From Eledone cirrhosa (taxonomy: Eukaryota), in the NCBI GenBank assembly GCA_964016885.1, contig OZ024740.1, positions 237,646,001 to 237,710,000 of the forward strand: a stretch of DNA of 64,000 nt, in the 5' to 3' direction. The position numbers and the translations under genes were made by a program. The notes beneath the pieces are model-generated. The model did not search any database, was not told the origin of the DNA, and worked only from the letters and a program-made list of their open reading frames with translations. Below are positions 1-13,570 of the stretch, piece after piece. The stretch's first letter is position 1. Each line of letters begins with the position of its first letter.

Positions 1-139
1 CGTACATACATACACAGGATGCACGTATATATATACATACATATCGCCCCATGTAAATCTAATCACACGTACGTACGCGCGACTATATATCTATCTATAT
101 ATATAAAAATGAATGTATGTTTGTTTGTTTGTCCAAAGA

Positions 140-612
140 TATAAACGGAGAAAGAGAAATCAACGTATATTCAAACAGAGAGTGAAAGAGCGAGTAGTCT
201 GGCTGCTTTGAACCACTCCCTATATTAGACTGTCTCTAAAGTTATAAACGGAGAAAGAGAAATCAACGTATAGACAAAGAGAGAGTGAAAGAGCAACGAG
301 TGAAAGAGCGAGTAGTCTGGCTGCTTTGAACCACTCCCTATATTAGACTGTCTCTAAAGTTATAAACGGAGAAAGAGAAATCAACGTATAGACAAAGAGA
401 GAGTGAAAGAGCAACGTATAGACAAAGAGAGAGTGCTATAAACGGAGAAAGAGAAATCAACGTATAGACAAAGAGTGAGTGAAAGAGCGAGTGTGAAATT
501 TTTTTAATTAAAGATAATTTCAATAGAATTAGTATTCTCTCTTTCATTTAATATAATTTCAATAGAATTAGTAAATTCTCTCTTTAATTTAATATAATTT
601 CAATAGAATTAG
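140..612 (+). repeat. Subterminal tandem repeats within the Helitron 5' region
   Basis: Repeated ataaacggagaaagagaaatcaacgtat blocks and three ataatttcaatagaattagta units. Confidence 0.85.
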
Positions 613-732
613 TATAGTGTCTGTTTCACATTACTTCCCTTCCACTCCCATTACAGGGAATTCTTTTTCAGCTAGCCCTTAACTAAGTGCTGTAATTTGA
701 TATCTTCATTTCGTCTGTCCTTATTTTCATGA

Positions 733-2601
733 CCTGGACACATACGTGGACCGACATCATTTCAAGAATTGAGAACAGTAAACGGTCAAGTATGTGCCAC
801 TTATCGTGAAGCTTGCCAAGAATTAAATCTTCTTGAAAATGATGGACATTGGGACACTTCACTCGCTGATGCATCGAATACTGCTCGACCAAAGCAAATA
901 CGCACATTATTCTCAATAATATTGACAACGTGCTTCCCATCAAATCCAAAAGATCTTTGGGAAAAATATAAAGACTACATGAGTGCAGACATCCTACATC
1001 GTTTGCGTGCAACAAATCTAAATATGAATATTCAATTCACACAAAATGTGTATAATGAAGCATTGGTTTCCATTGAGGTCATATGTTTAGCAATCGCTAA
1101 CAAAACATTGGTACAATTGGGAATGCCTGCGCCGAATCGATCTGTAAACGACATTTTCGATCGTGATTTGCAACGAGAAACAAACTTTGATGTCGCCGAA
1201 TTGGGTACATTTGTTCAAACGAATCTTCCCAAATTGCTACCAGAACAACGCATAGTATATAACCAAATTATGCAGGCAATTATAAGTCAAAGCGGCGGAT
1301 TGTATTTTATAGATGCGCCCGGTGGTACAGGCAAAACTTTTCTCATTTCACTTATTTCGGCAACTATACGATCAGAAAATAATATTGCACTGGCAATCGC
1401 ATCAGCTGGAATTGCGGCAACTCTTTTAGATGGTGGCCGAACAGCACATTCAGCCCTGAAATTGCCATTGAATATGCAAATCGCTGAGACATCAACATGC
1501 AATATTACCAAAAATTCTGGTATAGGTAAAGTACTCCAATCATGTAAAATCATTATATGGGACGAATGTACTATGGCGCACAAAAAATCATTGGAAGCGC
1601 TTAATAATACGCTAAAAGATTTGAAAGGAAATGAACAGCTCTTCGGTGGCACACTCATTTTATTGTCTGGTGATTTTCGACAAACTCTACCAGTTATACC
1701 GCGATCAACACCCGCTGATGAGCTTAATGCATGTCTCAAATCATCAGTTTTATGGCGACACGTACAGAAATTAACTTTAAAAAACAATATGCGTGTACAA
1801 CTACAAAATGACGCATCCTCTGAACGTTTCACAAAACAATTGCTGGATATTGGGAATGGGAAAATGGTAATCGATGATTCCACAAAATGTATCACATTGC
1901 CAACAAACTTCTGTAGAATCACGGCAACCAGAGACGAACTGATTCACAAAGTGTTCCCAAATATTGCGCAGCATTACAAAAATCATCAGTAGCTCAGTGT
2001 ACGTGCTATATTAGCAGCCAAAAACACCGATGTCAATGCCATTAATTTCAGCATTCAAAACGAAATACCAGGCGAAGCGACAACGTATAAGTCCATCGAT
2101 ACTGTAATGAATCAAGACGAAATTATCAATTATCCAATTGAATTCTTGAATTCACTTGATTTGCCAGGCATGCCACCGCACATTTTAACATTGAAAATTG
2201 GCGTGCCTATCATCCTTCTCCGAAACATCAATCCACCACAACTTTGCAACGGTACCAGACTTTCAGTGAAAAAGACGATGAACAATATCATCGAGGCTAC
2301 AATTTTAAATGGAAAATTTAAAGGAGAAGATGTACTCTTGCCACGCATCCCAATCATTCCAACAGATACGCCATTCGATTTCAAACGTTTGCAGTTTCCG
2401 GTGCGACTCGCCTTTGCAATGACTATCAAAAAAGCACAAGGACAATCGCTACAAGTGTGTGGACTAAATTTAGAAAATCCATGCTTCTCACATGGACAGC
2501 TGTATGTGGCTTGCTCACGCGTCGGTAAACCTTCTGATTTATTCGTGTACGCACCAGAAGGAAAAACAAAAAACATTGTGTATCCAAAAGCACTTCAGTA
2601 A
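733..2601 (+). pseudogene. Helitron Pif1-family (SF1B) helicase with one premature stop (TAG 1990-1992)
   Basis: Motifs DAPGGTGKT, GRTAHS, IIWDECTM, GDFRQTLPV, LCNGTRL, QFPVRLAFAMT, KAQGQSL, HGQLYVACSRV. Confidence 0.92.
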
Positions 2602-2789
2602 AACAAATTAAATGTTCTTATAACGAATTTTCTTTAAATTCGTCAGTCATTCAGTCATTTAAAGATAAATGTTAAAATCTAAAAAATAGAAACTAAATTA
2701 CAGAAGTTTTTAAATAACGATTAAAATGTTAATATTATTCTTTTCTAAATAAGCTTTTTAACACTGAGCGAAGCCGGGTAGCTCCGCTA

Positions 2790-2855
<66 letters not shown>

Positions 2856-3448
2856 GTACACATACACACCCATACATACAATACACATATACACACATAC
2901 ACATTCACGTACATTCACCCGCTTGTTTGTTTTCTTTTCTTTTCTCTAGTGTTAATTGACTACTTTCTCTTTCATTTAAAATTTTTTTTCTTTCTCATAT
3001 ATTGTTTCATTTTTATACATATATCGAGAATAACACTTTCTTTTAACTATTACACTCCCTTCCCTCTTTATCTTCCGCATAAAAGTGACCGTGCGTGTGT
3101 GTGTTTATACGCGTGCTTTCATACTCGTATGTGTATCTAGTACCTGTATCTGGATACGTGTCAACTATATTATCATTTTCTCTTTCAACTCATATTATAT
3201 CCGTATTTGTGGTTACATATACACAAATATATATGTACTTACGCACACATTTTCACCATACGCACGCATTTGTACATACATACATATGTACATTTGTGAG
3301 TGTATATACATACATATACACACACCTAACTATATTTCCTTATATTTTTTTATATATTTTATATATCTCTTGCATTACTTTTGTTTATATATATATATAT
3401 ATTGCATTTCTTGAGGAGACTTTCCAAATATTTCACTGTTTTATATTG

Positions 3449-3518
3449 CCTTGTCCGACGAACGAATAAGGACGTTTTTTTCGTATTCGTCTTATTCGGG
3501 AAACCTCTGGTAATGAGG
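3449..3518 (+). ncRNA. Type I hammerhead ribozyme-like motif (CCGACGA core variant)
   Basis: CCUUGU-CCGACGA-stem II (CGAAUAAG..CUUAUUCG)-GAAAC-CUCUG-GUA-AUGAGG; 6-bp stem I. Confidence 0.65.
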
Positions 3519-3544
3519 TAATTATATTGTATTGTTTATTATAC

Positions 3545-3623
<79 letters not shown>

Positions 3624-3629
<6 letters not shown>

Positions 3630-5228
3630 ATTTAGAGTTTACACTCAAGGGGTCATTTACAATTATTTTAGCTCTAAGAAAGAAGCATTTCTGAGCAGTA
3701 CAATACAAGTTAATATAAATTAATATATGATAAACACTTACGTGTTTTTATTGTAATTGACAATAAATTAGCTAGAATGAAATATCTTAATTCAAATACA
3801 TATAGTCTGCCTGTATCGATCTAAAAAATAATAAATCAATACTCACAAACACATATCGGCAAAAGGCCTTGGTACCTAGACAAGTTTAAATTTCAAAATT
3901 CAAACTTTTTCCGCAGATCAGTCCGAACTTCAAAATGTAAACATGTTTCACAAAGGATGGTGTAATAGTGAAATAATTAATTAATTGTGAAATAATTAAT
4001 TTTCTGTGTTTATCAATAGGTACCCAGAAAAATTAAGTTACTTCACCTCGGAAACATATCTAAGGTCTGGTTAACGTACGCGAAAATACACGAGGTTTTG
4101 CACACGAATTCTTCCAGCCCTCTAGCCTCCCATACTCATGGCGCTAGAAATAACAGCCGTTTATATGGGATTACAAATTCAGCTCGACCGAGGGAGCAGT
4201 AATATAATATAATTTAGAGTTTACACTCAAGGGGTCATTTACAATTATTTTAGCTCAAGGGGTCATTTACAATTATTTTAACCAGACCTTAGATATTTTT
4301 CCGACGTAAAGTAACTTAATTTTTCTGGGTACCATTTGATAAACACAGAAAATTAATTATTTCATAATTAATTAATTATTTCACTATTACACCATCCTTT
4401 GTGAAACATGTTTACATTTTGAAGTTCGGACTGATCTGCGGAAAAAGTTTGAATTTTGAAATTTAAACTTGTCTAGGTACCAAGGCCTTTTGCCGATATG
4501 TGTTTGTGAGTATTGATTTATTATTTTTTAGATCGATACAGGCAGACTATATGTATTTGAATTAAGATATTTCATTCTAGCTAATTTATTGTCAATTACA
4601 ATAAAAACACGTAAGTGTTTATCATATATTAATTTATATTAACTTGTATTGTACTGCTCAGAAATGCTTCTTTCTTAGAGCTAAAATAATTGTAAATGAC
4701 CCCTTGAGTGTAAACTCTAAATTATATTATATTACTGCTCCCTCGGTCAAGCTGAATTTGTAATCCCATATAAACGGCTGTTATCTCTAGCGCCATGAGT
4801 ATGGGAGGCTAGAGGGCTGGAAGAATTAGTGTGCAAAACCTCGTGTATTTTCGCGTACGTTAACCAGACCTTAGATATTTTTCCGAGGTGAAGTAACTTA
4901 ATTTTTCTGGGTGCCTATTGATAAACACAGAAAATTAATTATTTCACAATTAATTAATTATTTCACTATTACACCATCCTTTGTGAAACATGTTTACATT
5001 TTGAAGTTCGGACTGATCTGCGGAAAAAGTTTGAATTTTGAAATTTAAACTTGTCTAGGTACCAAGGCCTTTTGCCGATATGTGTTTGTGAGTATTGATT
5101 TATTATATTTTAGATCGGTACAGGCAGACTATATGTATTTGAATTAAGATATTTTATTCTAGCTAATTTATTGTCAATTACAATATAAACACGTAAGTGT
5201 TTATCATATATTAATTTATATTAACTTG

Positions 5229-5232
<4 letters not shown>
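3624..5232. repeat. 582-bp unit arranged tandem plus inverted (fold-back), flanked by (TA)n
   Basis: tttagagttt at 3631 and 4213; accagacctt at 4281 and 4863 (period 582); orientation flips near 4275. Confidence 0.9.
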
Positions 5233-5262
<30 letters not shown>

Positions 5263-6130
5263 CTAGCTGCAGTACCTGGGCATACCTGGGAAAGGCGGGA
5301 TTATTCACAGTTTCCAAAGTGCGCCTGAAAATACTAGCGACCCTGGGTGCCCATACTGGATTTTCAATAGCAACCTTTGCTAGGTGTGTTTATGGCAGAT
5401 CAACTTTTTGTGTGGAACTATCAATAGCTGTTTAAGTTATAAGTCTTTCTTCCATCTAGCTTTCTTCATTCAGAGTGAATAAGCTGGGGAAGTTTGAGCT
5501 CAATGAGTATCGAACTTATTCAACAAACTTATGTATAAGAATAGCAAACTTACTGCCTTAGAGCTCAAGAACAAACACAGAACAATTGAGGAAGTCATCG
5601 CAATTATTGAAGAAATTATTACTGAGTGAACATATTCAGGTACTGTTCAAGCACCCTGGATATCACAGTTTGTAAAGCTCTTCGAATGACTGAAGTGATT
5701 CAATAAAACCATCCTGTTTTCCTTCTATATTAGACATAACCCAAGAAAACACACCATAATAAGTCGGATAAACAATCAGAAGTGTTGGCCCTAAAGAGGG
5801 CCTTGTAACATTCACATTCGCAAAGTGTCAATAATGGGGGAGAAGTTACATCTTCTTAATTCGCGTTAATGTTCCCATGATCCGACACCTCAAAATATCG
5901 ACAAAATAAACTCTACTCTCAAAGACAGCATGTTACAATTAACATGCCAGGAATACGAATATTCGTCAACATACGATTGGGTTTTATTCTTCGGACTAAT
6001 CTCATTGTAAGCCAACTTCCAGGTCATTGATCATCACACTTTTTTATAACTTATCACCGATTCCTGCAGTTGACCTTAATGTGACCTAAGCATGTGCATA
6101 TGTTCAGAATCCATATCAGTGGATGTGATA
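5263..6130 (-). mobile_element. Probable Helitron 3' portion with unidentified internal sequence
   Basis: Minus strand ends cccaggtatgcccaggtactgcagCTAG|T next to (TA)n. Confidence 0.4.
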
Positions 6131-6192
<62 letters not shown>

Positions 6193-6196
<4 letters not shown>

Positions 6197-8063
6197 GTAT
6201 AGCTGCCGAGATGCTGAAGGCATCTGGGTCGGTAGGTCACACCATGACCACACGTATTGTTAACCAGATAATACTAGAAGGTGTCATACCAAAGGATTGG
6301 TGCAGTAGATTCATTGTCAACTGCTACAAAGGTAAAGGTGATGCACTAGATAGAGGAAACTATAGAGGTATAAAGCTGATGGACCAGGTCATGAAAATAA
6401 CAGAAAGAGCTGTAGCATAGTTGATTAGGGGACCGGGTGAAACTAGATGAAATGCAATTTGGGTTTGTGCCAGGAAGAGGCACCACTGATGGCCTCTTCC
6501 TTGTGAGGAAGTTACAGGAAAAGTACCTAGCTAAAAGTAAGCCGCTCTACCTGGCATTCGTTGATCTCGAGAAAGCCTTTGACAGAGTTCCCCATGTTAT
6601 AATCTGGTGGGCTCTTAGAAAACTAGGAGTAGATGAATGGCTTGTGAAAGCTGTACAAGCCATGTATAGGGGAGCAGTCAGCAAAGTTAGGATTAGCAAT
6701 GAGTATAGCGAGGAATTTAGCGTACAGGTTGGTGTCCACCAGGGCTCTGTTCTTAGCCCTCTCCTGTTCATCATAGTCCTGCAGGCAATAACGGAGGAGT
6801 TTAAGACTGGATGCCCATGGGAACTCCTATATGCAGATGACCTCGCACTTATAGCTGAATCTATGGTAGAACTAGAGAAGAAATTCCAAACTTGGAAGCA
6901 GGGACTAGAAAGAAAGGCTCTCAAAGTCAACCTGACAAAGACTAAGGTCCTTGTAAGTAGACGAGAAAACAGAACCCAGGGAAATGGCCTTGCTCAGTAT
7001 GTAGGAAAGGTGTAGGTAGGAACTCCATTCTCTGCCCCAAATGCAAACAATGGGTACACAAGAGATGTAGCGGGATCTCAGGAAGCTTAACTAAGAATGT
7101 AGGCTTCACATGTAGCAGCTGTGCTGGGACAGCAAGCAGCAAACAACCACAGGAAACAAGTACCACCAAACTCTGGGAGGGCTCTGTAGAAACAGTAGAC
7201 AGCTTCTGCTACCTAGGTGACCGAATTAGCAGCAGAGGTGGGTGTTCGAAAAGTACAATAACTAGGGTAAAAACGGGATGGAAGAAGTTCAGGGAGCTAC
7301 TACCACTGCTAGCTGCAAAAGGCTTTTCCCTCAAAATGAAAGGCAGACTGTATGATGCGTGTATACAAACAGCAATGTTACATGGTAGTGAGACCTGGGC
7401 GCTGTCTGTGGAAGACTTGCATAGATTAGAAAGAAACGAAGCCTGCATGCTCCGATGGATGTGTAATAGTAATATACATGAAAGGCAAAGCATAAATGAA
7501 TTGAGAAAGAGACTGAGCATAAGAGGAATCAAATGCTGTGTGCAGGAGAGGCGGTTGCATTGGTATGGACATGTGATGCGTATGAAGGATGACAGCTGCA
7601 TAAAAAGGTGCAGAGCATTAGAAGTCGATGGAGTGGGGAGACCCAAGAAGACCTGGGATGAGGTGATAAAAGCCGACCTTACCCAATTACACCTCTTAAA
7701 GGCGATGACACACGACCGTGACCTCTGGCGTCACGCAGTAATACCGCTTTCGTGTACAAGTCGAAGCTGAAGCATATAGACAATATGCCCCCACACCCTC
7801 CCACTGCAAAGTGGTCGTGGAGGTGCCACAGCAAAAAAGCACCCAGCCCACACTGTAAAGTGGACGTGTAGGCGCCACGGAAAAAAAACACCCAGCACTC
7901 ACTGTAAATGAGGTTAGTGTTAGGAAGGGCATCCAGCTGTAGAAATCAAGCCAGAATCAGTTCCCGTATGAGCAAGATACGGTCAGCCTACAACAGGACA
8001 ACCCGTCTAACCTATGCTAGCGTGGAAGAACGGACATAAAACGGTGATGATGATGATGATGAT
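6193..8063 (+). mobile_element. 5'-truncated RTE-clade LINE (RT, PHD-like finger, 3'UTR, (GAT)n tail), disrupted
   Basis: QFGFVPGRGTTD, FVDLEKAFDRVP, GVHQGSVLSPLLF, LLYADDL, RLHWYGHVMR; stop codon and frameshifts. Confidence 0.95.
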
Positions 8064-8135
8064 ACAGAGACATCTGTTCAGTCGTCAACCAAAATTACAT
8101 TGTCGTCTGCTTTCTTTGAAATTTCTTTATGTATA

Positions 8136-9466
8136 CTAGCAGAAAAAACACCCTTCGGGTTGTTTTCTGCTAGCAAGTGTAGTGTGCATATTGATATTAG
8201 CCTTGCCATCACCCGAGGTAACACTGCGAGTGTGTTGGCTTTCCTCAAAAATCATTAGAGAGGATGCCCAGTACTCCTCGCTGCTGTCTTTTTCTCTGGT
8301 GGTGGCTTGGTTGTTCACCCCTTCTTTTACATTTTCTTTAATATTGCAACATTAAAGGAATATATCCTTCTGACAGAACACAAGCAATTTATAATGTTAT
8401 CTAAGCATTTGTAATGTTATTTATGTATATATTTAAAACATATTTGTTATGTTATTCTACTGTAAATTTATTTATATGCTTTGTATGTATCATATGTGTT
8501 CATATTTTTCCTCCCATTTGTAATTTTATTTAATAAAATAAAAATATATATGCATGTAGATATGATTCATCAAATAAAATCGTAATTGACAATATACACA
8601 GAAATTGAACGAAGGCTGCATTACACTGTCTTATGTAATCAGTAACATAATCCATGATACATTAAAAAATACTATATTATATATAAACTGCATTAGGAGA
8701 TAATTAGTGACGGAAATATATGAATGTTTATTTAAACGATCGCTAACAGGAAGTGTTGACATTTGAAAATTTTAAAGAAGTGAATCTTTAAATAAACAAT
8801 AAAATATATTTAATCAACAGCTACGAAATTTAGTAGATAAATTATGTAATATTCATTCATTGTGGATTGGCAGTATCGGTAGAGGGTCGGACGCCATGCT
8901 TTCCAGCATAGTTACGTCCCTTTACGATCTGAGTTCAAATCCCGCCGAGGTTGACTTTGCCTTTCATCCTTACGGGGTCGATAAAATAAAGTACCAGTAA
9001 TGTACTGGATAATTGCTGGCCTTGTGCCTAAAGTAGAAACAATTATTTATTCAAAGTAATCCAACTTATTTTACTCACTGGATTAAAAGAAATAAACCGT
9101 ACGCAGTCCCACACTCCTTACTTTATTATAGTTTAGATTTCTAATAAGTTGTTGCCTCGTTTTGGAGGACTGAATTGTGGGAGCAGGAAGGGGAGTAGTG
9201 GAAAGGAGGTTTTAACATACAGTAGTAGTATCTCCTTTTCCACCCTCTTACTGAAACATCTTCTCTTTCCTCCTCCATTGTAAAAATGTCTCCAGGGGTT
9301 CCATTATTGATTTTCATTGAAATCCAATTAGCCAGTCCTGTTTCTGAATATTAGCTTAACATGTGTGTAAAGTTTCATCAGGATTGGATCACTGGCGTTG
9401 GTGCCAACTGGTTATAAACAATACACAGATACACAGACAGACAGAAATTGCCATTTATATAGTAGA
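8136..9466 (-). mobile_element. Non-autonomous Helitron
   Basis: Minus strand starts A|TCtactatataaatggcaatttctgtctgtctg and ends with a large hairpin plus CTAG|T; the same terminus occurs at 45785-45822. Confidence 0.65.
8862..9045 (+). mobile_element. tRNA-derived SINE family B (Nin-like core)
   Basis: tggcagtatcggt A-box, gagttcaaatccc B-box, core ctttcatccttacggggtcgataaa. Confidence 0.85.
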
Positions 9467-9944
9467 TAATACAAGGACGATTTGTTAAGCCTTCTTTACA
9501 TTTATTGATTGGTGACGTGCGTTTCACTATTGATAAGCTCAAGGTGCGATCTGTATCGATCTGTCCCGACAGTGGAATCAAAGCTTGTCGGACCTTTGTT
9601 GTAGTAATGATGATGAATTTGTTTTGCAAGATTTTTGATATAAAATCGTGTGTTGAAACAAATATATATGTATATATGCATAGTCTTTCATCACACACCT
9701 GTGACATCATCAGTGGTACTATTATGTTTCCTCCTGTTTATATTTATATCTATATTTTTAACTGTTGGTCAATCAATGATAAACATTGAATGCCAACTAA
9801 ATTAACTATAGGGATATAAAATATACGGAAGCGAAAACCAATCCAAACCAAACAGTGAATGTGTTTCATTATATATTTCTAGCAATATTATAACAATATG
9901 ACCCTCCCCAAATATAACAATGTATATATATCTAAAGTCTGTCT

Positions 9945-10209
9945 TAAGCCAGAAGGCTCATTTGGCCGGTGCTTATCCCAGTTTCATGGCGTGAAGCGAC
10001 TGAGAGTACAAAACTCCCCCCTGGACAGGACGCCAGTCCATCGCAAGGTTAAACCTCCAGCTATTGTTGGTACTCATTTTCAGCTGAGTATACTGGAGCA
10101 ACGTGAAATGAAGTGTTTTGCTGAAGAACACAACACGCAACCCAGGAATCAAACCCACGACATTATGATCGTAAGTCCAACACTCTTACCACTAGGCCAC
10201 GTGCCTCCA
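9945..10209 (-). mobile_element. tRNA-derived SINE related to family A, with a different 3' part
   Basis: Minus-strand head ggaggcacgtggcctagtggtaagagt and ctccagtatactcagctg core. Confidence 0.75.
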
Positions 10210-10210
10210 C

Positions 10211-10247
<37 letters not shown>

Positions 10248-10251
<4 letters not shown>

Positions 10252-10579
10252 TTTCATTTTACGTCCGCTTTTCCCTGCTTGCAAGGGTGGGACGGGAACT
10301 GATTCTGGCTTGATTTCTGCAGCTGGATGCCCTTCCTAACACCAACCTCATTTACAGTGAGTGCTGGGTGCTTTTTTGCCGTGGCACCTACACGACCACT
10401 TTCCAGTGGAATGATAGGGACCCCAGTCCCTATAATCTCATTTCTACAGCTGAGTAAACTGGAGCAATGTGAAATAAAGTGTCTTGCTCAAGGAAGCAAC
10501 ACATCACCCGGTCTGAGAATTGAACTCACAACCTTTCGATTGCAAGGCCAATGCTCTAACCACTAAGCCATGTGCCTCC
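10248..10579 (-). mobile_element. tRNA-derived SINE family A with RTE-derived 3' end
   Basis: Head ggaggcacatggcttagtggttagagc..gagttcaattc; tail shared with the RTE 3'UTR. Confidence 0.9.
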
Positions 10580-10676
10580 ATATATATATATATATATATT
10601 ATTTCATATAGAAATGACTTCTACAGCACTAGAACTGTTTCATTCATATGAAATCATTATATATATATATATATAT

Positions 10677-10850
10677 AATTGTTTCTACTTTAGGCACAAG
10701 GCCAGCAATTACCCAGTGCATTACTGGTACTTTATTTTATCTACCCCGTAAGGATGAAAGGCAAAGTCAACCTCGGCGAGATTTGAACTCAGATCGTAAA
10801 GGGACGTAACTATGCTGGAAAGCATGGCGTCCGACCCTATACCAATACTG
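10677..10850 (-). mobile_element. SINE family B
   Basis: Reverse complement of 8862-9045. Confidence 0.85.
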
Positions 10851-11949
10851 CCTGTCATGAATTTTGCTATATTTGCAGTGAACTTCATATGTGGAAGTGG
10901 TCTGAATTATAGGCAGTCCAGTAGCTTTGTAGAAGAAAGCCATAACAAACCTAGCCTACTGTATCACACTGATGTTCACAGTTTAAGTCAGTGATTCATA
11001 CTGAAATGATTTTATGAAATGGATGTAAAATACAGATATTTATGCAACAGGATGTGAGATAAGTGCAAGAACAGAAAGATAATGACTGGGTTCAAAATCT
11101 AGCTTTTATATAACAAAGCATTTACATTACTGGAATATAAAGCTGCAAGGAAGCAATAAATTGTTAAAAGATTTATATAGCATCATTCTTGAATTTGAAA
11201 TGAAACTTAACTGTATCAAATGTCAACTATCCTTGGTAATATTACACACTTTCAAGCCTTTAGCTCCTGCACATTTATTTCATGCTAGTAACACAGAAAA
11301 ATGCTGAATCCAGATTTACAAAGTAAGAGGACCAGACAAAATGCCTTGTAGTAATTGTTCAGGTTCTTTACAATCTAAAATCAAAACTTGCTGTGATTAA
11401 AGAAATTATGTACCAAGCCAGGATGGTGGATTGGTAGAATTGTTAGAGCACTAGATAAAATGGCTTGCAGTATTTGTTCCCGCTCTTTACACTCTGAATA
11501 CTCAGGCAAGTGTGGCAAACCTTTAAATACCAAGCCTACAAGAGGATGATATTTAAAAAAATACTCAAAGGAAGGCAATAGCATACTACCTTTGTATTTT
11601 GTAATGCTGATTCTATAACAATCACATAGCATTTGACAGGAAGTCACCAGAAGACATCTGTCAATGTGATATGTTCAGAAAGATATATTCAGAAAAAATG
11701 GCAGCATAAGTACAGATATAGGATGTAAATAGATGATAAGTGCTGGGTTCTTCTACCTGTTAATGAAAAATATGTATAGTGAAACCAATGAAGAAGCTTC
11801 TATATGGTCACAAGGCTTGCTAGAAATAGCTGCCAAATCTTGCTCAAACCACACCCTGCTATCTTTAAAAAATGAAAGTACACATTGAATAATGTAGACA
11901 AAGAGACATTATTTCTAGAAGCATAAGGATGGTCATAGTTCTTGTATTA

Positions 11950-12150
11950 TGCGCATTTGGTTTGGTGCTTCTAATGTACACCTTGAGTCTGGATGAAATC
12001 CAAAGAAGAATTGTCAACATTATTGGCCATGATTTAACATTTCAGCTTCAATCACTATCACACCATCAAAATGTTGTTTCTTTGTGCCTCTTCTATAAAA
12101 GTTTTCATGGAAATTGTTCTGATGAGCTAACCTCTTTGTTGCTTCAGCTT
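11950..12150 (+). pseudogene. CR1/Jockey-type LINE ORF2 C-terminal remnant
   Basis: LDEIQRRIVNII..LQSLSHHQNVVSLCLFYKSFHGNCSDEL resembles the LD.VQRRA..L.HRR.VA.L.LFY..G.CS.EL motif. Confidence 0.6.
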
Positions 12151-12234
12151 CAGTCAGGGTTCTGTGTCTCATTTATGTATGGTCTCATGTTCTACCGACT
12201 GCTCAGGTGAGGTTGTTGTGCCTCTGACACAACT

Positions 12235-12600
12235 AAGGGTCCTCCTAATCCTTTGTTTGGCAAAATTTCTACAACTGGATGTCCTTCCTAGCACCAACCA
12301 CTACACAATGTGTATTGGGTGTGTTTATCATATAAATCACTGACACTAGGGAGGTTGTCATGCTCTTGTCATGACTAGAGGGTCCTCTCAACCCTTTGTC
12401 TGGCAAGGTTTCTGTGGCTGGATGCCCTTCTTATCACCAACCACTTTACAGTGTGTACTGGGTGTATTCATTGTGTAGATCACCAACACTAGGGAGGCTG
12501 TCATTTTCATGACATGACTGAAGGGTCCTGCCAACCCTTTGTTTGTTTGTTTGGCAAGCTCTCCATGGCTGGAAGCCCTTCTTATCACCAACCACTTCAT
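12235..12600 (-). repeat. Three diverged tandem copies of the RTE/SINE 3'UTR module
   Basis: Repeated ctggatgccct..accaaccact..cactagggagg units. Confidence 0.65.
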
Positions 12601-12977
12601 GGAAGAGGGGGGGGGGGGCAGCTGCCAGGAATGCGTGTGTGGGGAAGTGGCTGAAGTAGTGAGTTGAGAATAACAGTAAGGGGGTGCTAGTGGGAGGGGA
12701 AGGATAGGTCAGGTCACTTTGAAAGCTGCAGGTCAGGTCTTCAGCACTTCATAACACCAGCCCTCAGTCTTTAGTCATTTCTGTTGCAAAGTTTAATATA
12801 GATATATATGAAAGAGGTGGGTAAAGTTTCATGCAAATCTAAATAAAAAGTAAAAGTAAAAAAGCACAGGGTATATTTAAAGATTGTTTTCTTTAGTCCG
12901 AGGCAATAAGTATTTTTATAATTGTTAGTTTAAATGAATTTAAGTTTTGTCAAATATTACTAGTTTCAATTGGTATG

Positions 12978-13570
12978 TCATCATCATCACCATCGTTTAA
13001 CGAGCATGGGTTAGATGGGTTTGTCTCATTAGAGGCAAGTTGGGTCGAGTGATTGTGTCTCACTCATATAGGACTGTTTCGGGCTGGATGACTTTCCCTA
13101 TGCCAACCACTTTACAGTGTGGGCTGGGTACTTTTTGTGATACCAACATAACTTTATAGAGTAAGGGTGGTGTGGACAGAAGTGGAAGGGTGGTGTGGAC
13201 AGAAGTGGAAGGGTGGTGTAGGTGCATGGGTGTATAGTGGATTAAGAGGTGCCTACTGAGTGTAAGTTCTCCTTCCTGTGTCATTTTCTTTGAGAGGTGC
13301 AAGTATGCAAGATCAGCTTTTATCATCTCGTCCCAGAACTTTCTTGGTCTTCCTACTTCATAGCTTCCGTCAATTTTGATCGCCCTGCATCTTTTTATAT
13401 AGTTGTTGTCCTTCATATGCATCACATGATTATACCAACGCAATCTCCTCTCTAGTATACTGCATCTGATCCCTCTTATGCCTAATTTCTCTCTTAGTTC
13501 ATTTATGCTTTGCCATTACTATTACACATCCATCGGAGCATGCATGCTTCATTTCTTTCATTTTCTGCGC
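12978..13570 (-). mobile_element. RTE 3' fragment
   Basis: RWYNHVMHMKD..GRPRKFWD followed by a (GAT)n tail. Confidence 0.85.

Larger units (their letters stand above)
94..2790 (+). mobile_element. Helitron, internally deleted (no Rep/HUH domain), copy 1
   Basis: 5' TC after A; 3' GC-rich GCGAAGCCGGG motif, then CTAG followed by T; no TSD; Pif1 helicase ORF; identical termini in the copy at 46203-48899. Confidence 0.93.

Noticed and set aside
1287-2576. Long antisense ORFs over the helicase (likewise over RT regions)
   Set aside because: Shadow frames of the sense ORFs
769-2601. Host PIF1 gene
   Set aside because: Intronless, bounded by Helitron termini, duplicated and stop-disrupted
9515-9550. 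Further hammerhead (minus strand GAAAC-GCAC-GUC; relative near 63975)
   Set aside because: The CUGAUGA half is too degraded to support
10500-10579. tRNA gene
   Set aside because: tRNA-derived SINE head, multi-copy and continuous with the SINE body
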